Positions 22,685 through 33,516 of a stretch of DNA of 64,000 bases are shown here, one piece after another. The notes under the pieces were generated by a model. That model searched no databases and was not told where the DNA came from. It worked only from the letters and a program-made list of their open reading frames with translations. This stretch comes from Scenedesmus sp. PABB004 (lineage: Eukaryota). The position numbers were made by a program, and so were the translations under genes. How positions within the stretch are numbered: the stretch's first letter is position 1; each line of letters starts with the position of its first letter. The stretch is from the NCBI GenBank assembly GCA_014905635.1, contig CM026548.1, positions 124,001 through 188,000 of the forward strand, read 5' to 3'.

Positions 22685-22805
22685 CTTGCGTGACGCAGCC
22701 CCCCGCCGCCCGCTGGTGGTACACGCGCCGCGCGCTGCAGCTGCGCAGCATGCCCCCCCCCCTCCCGCCCCACGCCGCGATGACACCCGCACGCGCCCGC
22801 GCGCC

Positions 22806-23717
22806 TCACCGCCGGCGGCCCGAGCCGAGCAGCACGCCGAGCGCGACCGCCGCGACCGCGCCCGCGACGCCGAGGCCGAGCAGGCCGTCCTTGACCACGC
22901 GCTCGTCGACGTCGCCCTTGAGCGCAGCGCCCTGCCGGAAGTCAGGGTAGTCCTGCAAGCGGCGCGGCGCGGCGCGCGCGGGGTGGGGCGGGCGGCGGGC
23001 CAAGCGGGCCGCGCGGGGGCCTCGACAGCCGCCGGCGGCGCGCGGCGGCGGCGCGCGCGCCTGCAGCAGCGACGTGAGCGTGCGCCGCGCGTCGAGGCAG
23101 CGCCCGAGCTTGAACTGCGCGACTGCGCGCCGGAGCGCGGCGGCGCGGGCGGCCGCGCGTCGGCGGCCGGGCGCGCGCCGAGCGCTTGCGGCCCTGCGAG
23201 CAGCGCCCCCCCCCCCCCCCCCCGCCTGTCCTGCCCTGCACGTCCGCGTCCACGTCCACGTCCACGCACCGGCGAGGTAGTAGCGGAGCTCGCGGTCCTG
23301 GTCCTGCGTGCGCTGGTCGTTGTCCAGCGCGGCGGCCGCCAGGTCGGCGCCGCGCTGCTGGTGCGCCCGGCTGTCGGCGTGCACGAGCGCCCAGATGAGC
23401 CTGCGCGAGACGCGGGCGGCGGCAGCGGCGGCGCGGCAGCGGGGGTTGGCGACGGCCCGTGGCGGCGCGCGGCGCCGCACATGCACGCCCATGGCAGTCC
23501 CGAGCGTGCCGCCAGTCGACAGCGCGAGGCGGCAAAGCCGGGAGGACGGCCGTTCGCCGCCGCCGCCGCTGCGAGGCGTGTGCGAGGCGCGGGGCGTGCC
23601 TGCGCACCTGCACTTGGCCGCCTCGAGCTCCGATGGGCTCCCCGATTCAAACGCCGCGCTGTACTCGGCCTGGAAGGAGTGCACCTGGTCGTCGGTCGTG
23701 GCGGGCAGGCGCTCCAT
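22806..23717 (-). CDS. FIS1: Mitochondrial/peroxisomal fission protein FIS1 (4 exons)
   Basis: RLIWALVH, RELRYYLAVAQFKLG, PDFRQ...VKDGLLGLG, tail anchor ending GRRR. GC-AG intron at 22953-23060. Confidence 0.93.
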   Translation of the reverse strand: MERLPATTDDQVHSFQAEYSAAFESGSPSELEAAKCRCAGTPRASHTPRSGGGGERPSSRLCRLALSTGGTLGTAMGVHVRRRAPPRAVANPRCRAAAAAARVSRRLIWALVHADSRAHQQRGADLAAAALDNDQRTQDQDRELRYYLAGAWTWTWTRTCRAGQAGGGGGGAARRAASARRAPGRRRAAARAAALRRAVAQFKLGRCLDARRTLTSLLQARAPPPRAAGGCRGPRAARLARRPPHPARAAPRRLQDYPDFRQGAALKGDVDERVVKDGLLGLGVAGAVAAVALGVLLGSGRRR

Positions 23718-23919
23718 TTTTTGCTGCGCGGCAGCGCCTTGCTGCTGTGCGTGTCTGCTCAGTCGCAGGGAGCAGACGTGGCGGCAGGGGCAGGACACGT
23801 GTGGAGCTGCGGGCGTGCGTGAGCGGTCGACCCGCGCTGCTGCGGCGCGGTCGACCGAGGGTTCAACACCCAGCCCTGCCGCGTCACAACGCAAACCTCC
23901 CCCGCCGCCGCCCCGGGCA

Positions 23920-24450
23920 TCAGGCCGCCGCGCCGTCAAGGCCGTGCACGGCAAGGAACGCGCCGCCGGCGCCGCGCGCCACGCCCAGCTCCGCCGTCAC
24001 CGCGCCGAGGTCGAGCGCGCCGTACAAATGCGGGAACAGTGGCGCCTCGCCGCCGCCGGCGCCCAGCGCGGGCGTCGCGCCCACCGGCGCCGCGGGCTCA
24101 AACGCCACTGGGCTGCTCAGCGCCTTGCTGTCGATCGCGAGCACCAAGAACTCGCCCGGCACGTCCTTGTAAAAATGGTTTGCGACGCCCAGCAGCAGCG
24201 CCGCGTCCTTGGTGAGGTGGATGAAGCCGTCGGCCTGCGGCGCGGCGGCGGCGGCGCCTCGGCACGCGGCGGCGGCTCGGCGCCAGCCGCGGCGCCAGCC
24301 GCAGCGCACACACAGGCTCACCTCGTACGTCGGCGGCATGTATGGCCGGCCCTCGGCCTTGCAGCGCGCCCACAGCGGCGCCTGGACGAGGTGGTAGAGC
24401 GTGCCGTGGTCGGTGCCCGGCGCCGCCGTGCCGGGCGGCGGCGCGGCCAT
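23920..24450 (-). CDS. DUF952 family protein (2 exons)
   Basis: LYHLV...W, DGFIHLT, VANHFY, LVLAID, FPHLYGAL. Confidence 0.88.
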   Translation of the reverse strand: MAAPPPGTAAPGTDHGTLYHLVQAPLWARCKAEGRPYMPPTYEVSLCVRCGWRRGWRRAAAACRGAAAAAPQADGFIHLTKDAALLLGVANHFYKDVPGEFLVLAIDSKALSSPVAFEPAAPVGATPALGAGGGEAPLFPHLYGALDLGAVTAELGVARGAGGAFLAVHGLDGAAA

Positions 24451-24760
24451 GTGTCGGCCCCGCTGGCAGCTCAGACTGCTGCCGCCAATCTCTTGAATGC
24501 AAGAGACGGTGAGGGCGCGCTCTCTGCGGGACGATTGATGTCTAGAGTAGTCGCCGAAGCCTCAAAACAGCGGCCGCCGGACTGCCGCCGTGCGCGCCAG
24601 CCGCAAAACCAGGCGGCGGCACGCCCCGCGCACGCCCCACAACTGTACGAGCCAGCCACGGCGCTGCGCCGCGGCCACGCCGCAGGGATTGCCCGCAGCC
24701 CGCCGCTCGCCGCCGCTGCTCGCCGCCGGCCGCTGGCCGCCGCCGCGACAGCAGCGCGCC

Positions 24761-26918
24761 ATGGCGGCCGAGCTGCGTGAGGGACGTGAGCAGGCGCAGC
24801 ACCCGGACCAGCAGCAGCAGGCGCAGCAGCAGGACCAGCACCAGGCGCGCAGCCGGCCGCGGGCGCGGGCGCGCGGGGCGGGGCGCGCCGCCGCGCCGGA
24901 GGCGCGCTGCCCGTACATCATCGCCCACAAGGGCCGCCCGTGCGGCTGGCCGGTCAAGCCCGGCGCGGCGCACTGCGGGCACCACGTGTTTGCGGCGACG
25001 GGCGGCGGCCCGCGCCGCGTGCCCTGCCCCGCCAACCCGCGGCACGACGTGCCCGCGTCCGAGCTGGAGGCGCACCTGCGCGTGTGCCCCGACGCGGTGC
25101 TTGCGGCCGCCGCGCGGGCGCAGCCCTACTTCAGCGAAAACCTGAACGCGGGCGACCGCGGCGGCGCCGGCGCGGAGGGCGACGGCGCGGAGGGCCGCAG
25201 CGCGGCGGAGCTCGCGGCCGAGGCGTGCGCCTCGTTCCTGGGCGGCACCGCCGCGGCGCGCCAGGCGGCGGTCGTGGCGGCGGGGCCGGCGTGGTTCGCC
25301 GCCCTCGTGGCCAAGGTGTGTGCGTGGCGTGGGGGATGGCGGCTGCGCGCTCAGAGCGGCGCCGCCGGCCGGGCCGCGCCCACTGCGCCTCCGCCGATGC
25401 CGCCGCCGCCGCAGATCGACGCCGCGCACGCCGCGCTGAGCGCGGCGCACCCGCTCTCGCGCCGCCTGCTCGGCGGCTGCGGCGACGGCGACGACGCGCT
25501 GCGCGCGCGCGCCCGCGCGCGTGACCCGCTGATGCCGTTTGACGCGAAGCACGCCGCGCAGTATGCCTCGCTCGTCGGTGAGGCAGGACCTCTTTGCTTT
25601 GGGGGGACAGGGCACAGTGGCGGCGCCGCCCCCGCCGCCGGCGTCCGCCGCCGGCCCACGCCCCAGCCCACCGCCCGGCGCGGCGCGCGCCGCAGGCAAC
25701 ATGGCCGAGGCGGGCCTGCTGGCCGAGCCGCAGCGGACCGTGTTTGTCGAGCTCGGCGCGGGCAAGGCGCTGCTCAGCGCCTGGCTGCACGGCGAGTGCG
25801 GCGCGGGCGAGCTGGTGCTGCTCGACCGCCAGGGCAGCTTCACCAAAAAGGTGCGCCCCCGCTCGCGCCACGCGCTGGCCGGCGCGGCCCGCGCGCCGCG
25901 CGGCGCGCGCGCTCAGCGCCGCCGCCGCCGCCCCGCCGCGCAACGCCAGGCCGACCGGCGGCTGCGGCACACGGCGCTGACGCGCGCCGCGGTGGACCTC
26001 AAGGACGTGGCGCTGCTGCCGCTGCTCGCGCTGCACGTGGGCGGGCGCCAGCAGGGGCAGGAGCAGGCACAGGAGCCGCAGCAGGCGCAGCAGCAGGAGC
26101 AGCAGCAGCAGCAGCAGGCGCAGGCGCCCGAGCAGGTCGCTCGCAGCCGTGGCGGCCTCGTCTGCTGCCCCGCTGCGCCGCGCGCGCTGGGGCGGGAGGG
26201 GGCCGTGCCGTGGGTGGCGCACGGGAAGCACCTCTGCGGCGCCGCGACCGACTTTGCGCTGCGCGCGTGCCTCCACGCGGCGCAGCAGGCGCAGCAGCAG
26301 GCGCAGCAGCAGGCGCAGCAGCAGGCGCAGCAGCAGGCGCAGCAGCAGGCGCAGCAGCAGGCGCAGCAGGCGCAGCAGGCGGGGCAGGCCGGGCAGGCGC
26401 AGCAGGCGCAGCAGGCGCAGCAGCAGGCGGGGGAGGCGGCCGGCGGCGCGGGCGACCGCTTCGTGCTTCGCGGCGTCGCGATCGCGACCTGCTGCCACCA
26501 CCGCTGCGGCTGGCGGGCCTTTGTCGGCAAGGAGGCACTGGCGGCGCACGGCCTCGGACGGGCCGAGTTTGAGGCCATCGCCTGGCTCAGTAGTTGGGCG
26601 GTGTGCGGGCACGAGGCCCCGGCCGCGCTGAGCATGGCGACGGCGCAGCGCGGCGACGCGGACGCGGGCGCCGGCGCCGGCTACCACCCGGCGCAGCTGC
26701 TGGACCGCGAGAGCCGCATGGCGCTGGGGCTGCGCTGCAAGCAGCTGCTGGACGCCGCGCGCTGCGCGTGGGCGGCCGGCGTGCTCGCGCCAGCGCTCGG
26801 GGCGGCGGGCGCCACGCGCGCCGCGGCGGGCGCGCGGCGCGTGACGTACGTTGACGCATCGATGACGGGAGAGAACGCGCTGCTGCTGGTGGCCGGCGCT
26901 GGCGGGCAGGGCTGCTGA
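24761..26918 (+). CDS. TRM13: tRNA:m4X 2'-O-methyltransferase TRM13 (4 exons)
   Basis: CCCH finger (RCPYII...CGHH), CHHC finger (RVPCPANPRH...HLRVC), FVELGAGKALLS, KHLCGAATDFALR, IATCCHHRC, YVDASMTGENALL. Confidence 0.93.
26281..26427 (+). repeat. Coding (GCGCAGCAGCAG)n repeat giving an AQQQ insertion within the TRM13 methyltransferase domain
   Basis: Visible 12-nt and 9-nt tandem units. Confidence 0.9.
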
Positions 26919-27394
26919 CGCGGCGGCGGGTGCGGGCTCCGAGGCGTCGTCGTCGCCGGTTGCTCCTCCGCAAGGGATCCCTTGCGCGCCGCGGGCCGCG
27001 CTGGCAATAGCGCTCGCTCGCTCGCTTGCCTGATCGCTCGCTCGCTCGCCCGGAAAATCACCGCCACAGACGTCAACTGATGGCCGTACGAGAGAGACAC
27101 GAAACAGATGCGCTGTGCGCACACAGACAGACACACACGGCGGCTGCAGCAGCACGCGCGCCGGCTGACACCCGCGCTCCCCCCTCGCCACACACACAAG
27201 ATGCCGCGTCATGAGCGGCCGAGCAGCCCGCCGACGCCGCAAGAGCATCCCATGGCAGCCGCGGCAAGCCCGGCGCCGCGCTGAACGCGCCGGGCCGGCT
27301 CGCGGCGGCGGCCTGGGAAAAAGCGCCGCGCACGCGCGCGCGCGCAAGCCAGAGGGTGCTGTGAATGCCAGCACCCAGCGATCGCCCCCCGCGC

Positions 27395-30057
27395 TCAGGC
27401 GCTGGGCCCGCTGCCGCCGCCGGCGTCCATGAGGCTCCCGGGCGGCACGAGGCCGGCCATGCCCAGCCAGGCCGCCGCGGCAGCCTGCTGCTGCTGCTGT
27501 TGCTGCTGGTGCTGCGCCTGCTGCACCACGGCCTGCTGCTGCTGCTGGCGCTGCTGCTGCATGGCCATCGCCACCTGCATGCCGAGCTGCCCGCTCGCGA
27601 GCGACTGCTGCAGCATCAGCTGCTCCTGCAGCTGCAGCTGCAGCGCCTGCTGCATGCTGCCCGGCGGGAAGCCCGGCAGCAGCCCCGCCCACGCGGGCAC
27701 GCCAAACAGCGCCGGAAAGCCGTCGCCGCCAGCGCTGCTAGCCGCGCCGCCGCCGGCGCCCGCGGCCGAGGCTGCCGGCGCGGCGGCGTGGCCCTTGCCG
27801 CCGCCCGCGCGGTGCGCGTGGTTGCCGCGCGTGTGGTGCCCGCCGTGCCCGCCGCCGTGGCGGCTGCCGCCGCCGCCGCCGCCGGCTCCGTGGTGGTGGT
27901 GCCCGCCGCCCTGCCCGCCGGCGGCCTTGGCGGCGGCGGTGCCGCGGTGCCACGGCGCGGTGGGGCTGGAGAGCAGCACGCGCAGCGAGTGGCGCCAGCA
28001 GACCTCGGTAGCGTCCGCCACCTCCTGCGCGCTGGCCGCCTGCTGGCCCCCGCTCGCCCCGAGCTGCACCTTGGCCCCCCCGCGGTCGCGCCGGATCTGG
28101 TCCTGCGCGAGCTGCAGGAGGTGCTGGTGCACGTCCACGCGCACATCCGCCGGCAGGCCGCCCACGAGGCGTCCCACGTCCTCCAACAGCGCCTCCTCCT
28201 CCGCCGTCGGCGGCGGCGCCGCCGCGGGGCCGCCGCCGCCGCCGCCGCTGCCGCCGCTGCCGCCGCTGCCGCCGCTGCCCTCCTCGCCCGACAGCTGCAT
28301 CGACGCGAGCAGCTGCTGCGCGTCGGAGTAGTCCTGGCCGTGCGGGCCGCTGTGCTGGCTGTGCTGCCCGCCGTGCTGCGCCGCCACGTCCGCCGGCGGC
28401 AGCAGCTGGAAGTAGGCCATCTGCGCGAGGAGGGCCTGCTGCGCCGCCGCCGCGTCGCCGCCCGCCGCCGCGCCGTCCGCCGCGGGCCACTGCGGCCAGT
28501 TGACGAGCACCGACGCCGCGCCGGGCAGCATGCCCAGCATCGCCGCCGCGCCGGGCCCCGCCGCGGCGGCCTGCTGCAGCAGCGCGACCGGGAGCTGGCC
28601 GGCGAGCTGCGCGGCGCCGGCGCCGCCGTGCTCGGGGAGCAGCGGGCTCGCGCCCGCGCCGCCAGACGGCTGGGGCAGGTCGATGACCGGCTGCGCCGCG
28701 GCCGCGGCTGCGTCGAGGCCCGCCTCGCCGCCCTGGTCGCCGCGCGCGAGCTTGGCCGCCGCCGCCGCGGGCACCGTGGCGGCCGCCGCCGCGGCGGGGT
28801 CGAGGCCGTCGCCCGCCCCGGGGTCCTCCTGCTTGACGCGCACCTGCTGCTCCACCCACCAGGCGCCGGCCTGCTGCTGCTGGCCCTGCTGCTGCGGCTC
28901 GGCCTGGCCGGCGGCAGCGGCGCCCTGCAGGCTGCCGGAGCCGAGGGTGGCCTTGTCGCTGCCAGACGTCTCGCTCGCCGACGCCGTGCGCCGCGCCGCC
29001 AGGCCCTGCTGCTGCTGCTCCTGCTCGCCGTTCATGGCCCCGCCAGGCGTCAGCATGAACTGTCGGCCGCGGCCGCGGCAGCGGTGGCGGCGGCGGCGGC
29101 GGCGGCAGCGTGAGAGACAGCGCCGGCGGCCGCGAGGGAGCGAGACCGGCAGCGGCAGCGCCCGGCGCACCGTCAGCGCCAGCTGTCCCTGCTGCGCAGC
29201 TCCCGGCGTCTGCGCGTCGCCCAGCTGCGCCAGGCCCGCGCCGTGGCTGCCAGGCAGCTCCACGGGCGGCGGCGGCGGCATGCTGCCCGCCGCGTCGGTC
29301 GAGGTGGTCCGGGCCGCCTTGTAGGGCTGCGGGGCGGCAGGGGCGGTGGCGCGTCGCTGGCTGCGCGCGGCGAGCCCGGGCGGGCGCTGGCTGGCTGGCC
29401 CCTGGCAAGGCCCCGCGCCACGGCCCTCCCGCGCAGCCGTGCCCGCGCGCGCACCTGTATCGAGTCGACGCTGCCCGCCGCGCCGCGCTTGCGGCCGCCT
29501 GAGCTCGAGCGCCCGTCGTCGCCGCCGCCGACGCCCCAGGCGCCGAGCAGGGGCATGCCGCCAATCGCGCCGTACTGCGACGCCGACTGCACCGGCCCCG
29601 CCATGCCCGCCGCCGCGGCGGCCGCCGCCGCCGCCGCCGCGGCCGCGCCGTTGGCGGTGAGCCAGCTGCTGGCCTGGGCGCCCATGACCGACTGCAGCCA
29701 CTCCCACGCCGGGTTGGCGCCGGGCGGCGCGAGCGCCGGCGGCGCGCCGGCCGCGGCCGCCGCGGCGGCCGCCGCCGCCGCCGCCGCCGCCGCCGACGGC
29801 GGCAGGAAGGGGCTGCCGCTCAGCGCACCCAGCGCGCCCAGCGCGCCCAGCAGGCCGACGGGGTTGCCCGGCGGGCCGCCGGGGAACCCGGGCGGCATTA
29901 GCCGCAGGCCCAGCGGCCCCGCGGCGCCGGCCGCCGCCGCTGCCGCTGCCGCGCCGCCGCCGACCTGCTGCACGCCCAGCACGCCAAACGCTGCCATGGC
30001 ATCGGCCGCGTCCTGGCCCTGCTGCTGCTGCGCCTGCAGCTGCTGCTGCTGCTGCTG

Positions 30058-30112
<55 letters not shown>

Positions 30113-31447
30113 TTCTGCTGCTGCTGGGGCGGCGGCTGCATGCCCGCCGCCGCCGCCGCCGCCGAGGGCGGCGCGCCGCCGCCTGCGCCGTCCGCGCTCG
30201 GCTGCAGCAGGTTGTGGTGGCGCAGCAGCTGGTTCTTAAAGCTCTCGAGCCGCTGGAACCGCATCAGCAGCGTCTGCTGCTGCGCCACGATCGCCCGGAA
30301 TTGCTCGTGCAGGGCGGCCATGGGGTTTCCCTGCGCGCAAGGCAGGGGTCGGGGGGTCTAAGATCCGTTGCGCGCCCGGCACGGCCGTCGCGCGCAGCGG
30401 CCCCCAGGCGCACCGACTGCTGCAGCAGCTGCTCCGATAGCTGCAGGCTGAGCTCTGTCGCGTCCGTGTCGGCGTCAAACGTCTGCTTGCTCAGGTCGCC
30501 GGCGACTGCGGCGGGCGGCGGCACAGAGTCGGGCAACAGGCGACGCGCAGCGCCGCGCGCGCGCCCCGGCTGGTGCCGCGCCGGCGGTGGCAGGGCGCGC
30601 CCCCGTGGCGGTGCCACTCACGCATGCCCTGCAGCGCCGCAAGCGGCGGCACCGACGGCGGCAGCGGCGGCAGGGCGCCGCCGCCGTACTGCCGCTGCCG
30701 TCGCGCGCCGCCGTCTTGCGGCGCCCGGAAGCGCTGCTGCACCGACAGCTCCGGCATGTCCTGGCTGATGCTGCTCGGCACCTGCTGCAGGCTGCAGGAG
30801 CGGTTCAGGGCCGCCTCCACAAAGTCGGGGCCGCCGCGGCGGTCAAACCCGTCCCTGCGCGCGGCGCGGCGCGGCGCGGCGCGGCGGGGCGGGGCGGGGC
30901 GCGCGGCGCGCGGTGGGCGCGCGCCGCTGGTGCTGCGCGTGCACCGCCGCCGGCGCCGCCGCGCCGCGGCCGTCGCTGCGGCGCCGCCGCGCCGCCGACT
31001 GCGCCGAGCGCTGCTGCTGCGCGCGGCGTCGCCGCCGCACGCCGCCGCCGCGGCGCTGCCGCTCGGCCGCCGCGCGGCCGTTCTCGCGCGTCCGGGGCGC
31101 GGGCGCTCCGGGCGCGGGGCGGGCCGCGCGCCGCTGGCGCCCCCGCCCGCGATCGGCCCGCCTCACCGCCAGGCCTGGCCCGCGTCTCCTGGCACCCCTG
31201 GGACCTCTGCCGGCTCGCTGCCGGCGCGGGAGGGGAGGAGCTGGTCGCCAAAGACATCCTCGGTGGCGTTTTGAAAGTCCTGCGCCCCCAGCGCGCGACG
31301 TGAGCGGCGGAGCACCCGGCATGCGCCCGCCGGCGCGCGCGCGGGGCTCCCCCGGACCTGGTAGTCGGGCCAGGCGGTGTTGAGCTCGTCGATGTTCTCC
31401 AGGAACGCCAGGTCGCTCGCCTGCGCCTCCACCGCCGGGTCCGCCAT
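27395..31447 (-). CDS. Large Q/A/G-rich, probably nuclear protein with a coiled coil and weak LNK-like blocks (~7 exons)
   Basis: Spliced model MADPAVEAQ...WPDYQ|DFQNATEDVF..., GNPMAALHEQFR (coiled coil), polyQ, RKR, EEEALLEDVGRLVGGLPADVRVDVHQHLLQLAQ; consistent GT-AG junctions; stop at 27395. Confidence 0.7.
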
Positions 31448-31845
31448 CGTCTTGCCCGGCGCGCCCGCCTCACGGCCCGGGCGGCGCGCCCGGGTCGCGG
31501 AGGGCCGGCCGGAGGATCTCGCGCGGGCGGCCGCTGAACATTCTGGCGCGCCTGGTGCTGGGCTCTGCCGCGTCGCCGCCGCTGCTGCTCTGGGCCGCGA
31601 TCCAGAGAGGGCTGGCCGCCCCAGCTCGGTGGGGAGGCCGGGAGTGGTGGCACGGCGGCGGGCGGCGGCGGGCGCGTTTGCGGCGGCGGCGGCGCGTCGG
31701 GGCGGGGTTCCGCTGCTGTTGCGCGCCGCGCGCCGCCGCCGCCGCCGCGCGCGCCCTGCCCGCCCGCCCGGCCCGGCGGTCGGCCACACTCGGGTAGGTC
31801 GGGCAGTGGCCGTGGCGGGGCTCCAGGGAGCCGGGAGGCGCCGCC

Positions 31846-33249
31846 ATGCTGAACAACAGCAAGCGCGATGTCTCGACGGAGCAGAACGAGCGCCACCGCC
31901 GCGTGCTGGCGGCGGTGCTCAAGTCGGAGGGCAACCGCACCTGCGCCGACTGCGGGGCGCGCAACCCGACCTGGGCGAGCGTGAACCTGGGCGTCTTCGT
32001 GTGCTTGACCTGCAGCGGCATCCACCGCAGCCTGGGCGTGCACATCTCGCAGGTGCGGTCGTGCAACCTGGACACCTGGATCCCCCGGCAGGTCGAGTTC
32101 GTGCGCGCCATGGGCAACGCGCGCGCCAACGCGTTCTGGGAGGCCCAGCTGCCCGACCACTTTGCCCGCCCCCCCGGCGGCCAGCCCAACGCCGAGCTCG
32201 CGGCCTTCATCCGCGCAAAGTACGAGGCCAGGCGCTACGCAGCCTCAGACGCGCCGCCGCCGGACATCCACAACTACGTCGGCCACCCCTACGTGCCCGC
32301 GGCGGCGCCTCCGCCAGCAGCAGCGGACGCGCCGCCGGCGCCGACGCAGCCGCCCGCCAGCGGCGCCAGCAGCAGCGCGGGCACGCCGGCGCCGCAGGCG
32401 GACCTGCTGAGCCTGCACGCGCCGCCGCCGAGCGCGGGGCGCGCCGCCGCACCCGCGGCGGCCGATCCCTTTGACTTCCTGGCGGGCAGCGCGAGCAGCT
32501 CCCCCGCGCCCGCGCCCGCTGCGGGCGGCGGCGGCGGCCTGAGCCTGCTGGACCACGACGACTGGGGCGACTTTGCCTCGGCGCCGGGCGCGGGCACGAG
32601 CGGCGGCGGCGGCGCCGACCCCTTTGCCGCCTCGGCGCCGTCGTTTGCGAGCTCGGCGAGCGCCGGGGCGGCGGCGCCGCCGCCGCAGCAGGTGCAGCAG
32701 CCGGCGGCGCAGCAGCAGCCGCCGCCGCAGCAGCAGCAGCAGCAGCACGCGCCGCCAGGGCCGAGCGCAGACCCCTTTGCCGCGCTCGGCGGCGGCCAGC
32801 TGACGAGCAGCAGCCCCGCGGCGCCGGCGGCGGGCGGCGACCCCTTTGCCGCGGCGGGCGGGCACGACCTCATCGGCAGCCTGATGAGCGTGTCGGTCAG
32901 CAGCACGACCGCGCCCGGCCTGCTCGCGGCCGCGCCGTCCGAGGGCTCGGCGAGCGGCAGCGCGGGCGGCGCGCCGCCGGCGGCGGCGCCGCGCTCACAC
33001 AGCCGCAGCAGCAGCGCGGGCGGCGCGCGGCACACGGCGGAGGACATACTCAAGCTCTACGACGCGCCGCAGCCGGTGCGGGGCGTGCCGCCCGCGCACC
33101 GCGAGGCGTACGCGTTCGGCGCCCCCGCGCCGGCCGGCGCGCCGGCGTTCAGCCACTCGCCGCACTCGGCGATGGTCGCGCCCGCCGCGGCGCGTGGCGG
33201 CAGCGCGCTCGGGGGCAACGGCGGCGGCCCGCTGGGCGGACTCATGTGA
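31846..33249 (+). CDS. ArfGAP of the SMAP/AGD5 type, intronless
   Basis: CADC-x16-CLTC zinc finger, [35 protein letters not shown] and WGDF motifs; EDILKLY. Confidence 0.95.
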   Translation: MLNNSKRDVSTEQNERHRRVLAAVLKSEGNRTCADCGARNPTWASVNLGVFVCLTCSGIHRSLGVHISQVRSCNLDTWIPRQVEFVRAMGNARANAFWEAQLPDHFARPPGGQPNAELAAFIRAKYEARRYAASDAPPPDIHNYVGHPYVPAAAPPPAAADAPPAPTQPPASGASSSAGTPAPQADLLSLHAPPPSAGRAAAPAAADPFDFLAGSASSSPAPAPAAGGGGGLSLLDHDDWGDFASAPGAGTSGGGGADPFAASAPSFASSASAGAAAPPPQQVQQPAAQQQPPPQQQQQQHAPPGPSADPFAALGGGQLTSSSPAAPAAGGDPFAAAGGHDLIGSLMSVSVSSTTAPGLLAAAPSEGSASGSAGGAPPAAAPRSHSRSSSAGGARHTAEDILKLYDAPQPVRGVPPAHREAYAFGAPAPAGAPAFSHSPHSAMVAPAAARGGSALGGNGGGPLGGLM

Positions 33250-33516
33250 GCAGCTGCGCAGCTGAGCAGCTGCGCATGCGGGCGGGCCGGGGGGGACTCA
33301 TGTGTTACGCGACGCGACCGCGGTCCGGCGGCCGCACAAGAAAGCACTGCAGACCCCAGCCGACCGACCCCCGCCCAGCCCGTGTATATGGTACATGCAA
33401 GCTGCCGCGGCCCACGCGCGCCGCGCCCGCCGCGGGGCGATCGTCCGCCCCGCTGGCACTGCTGCAGCCGCAGCCGCTGCCAGCGCTCGGCCGCTGCCAG
33501 CGCTCGGCCGCGCCGC

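Noticed and set aside
30018..30125. Long (CTG)n tract and poly-Cys ORFs on the + strand
   Set aside because: This is the antisense of an ordinary polyQ coding tract, common in chlorophyte proteins.
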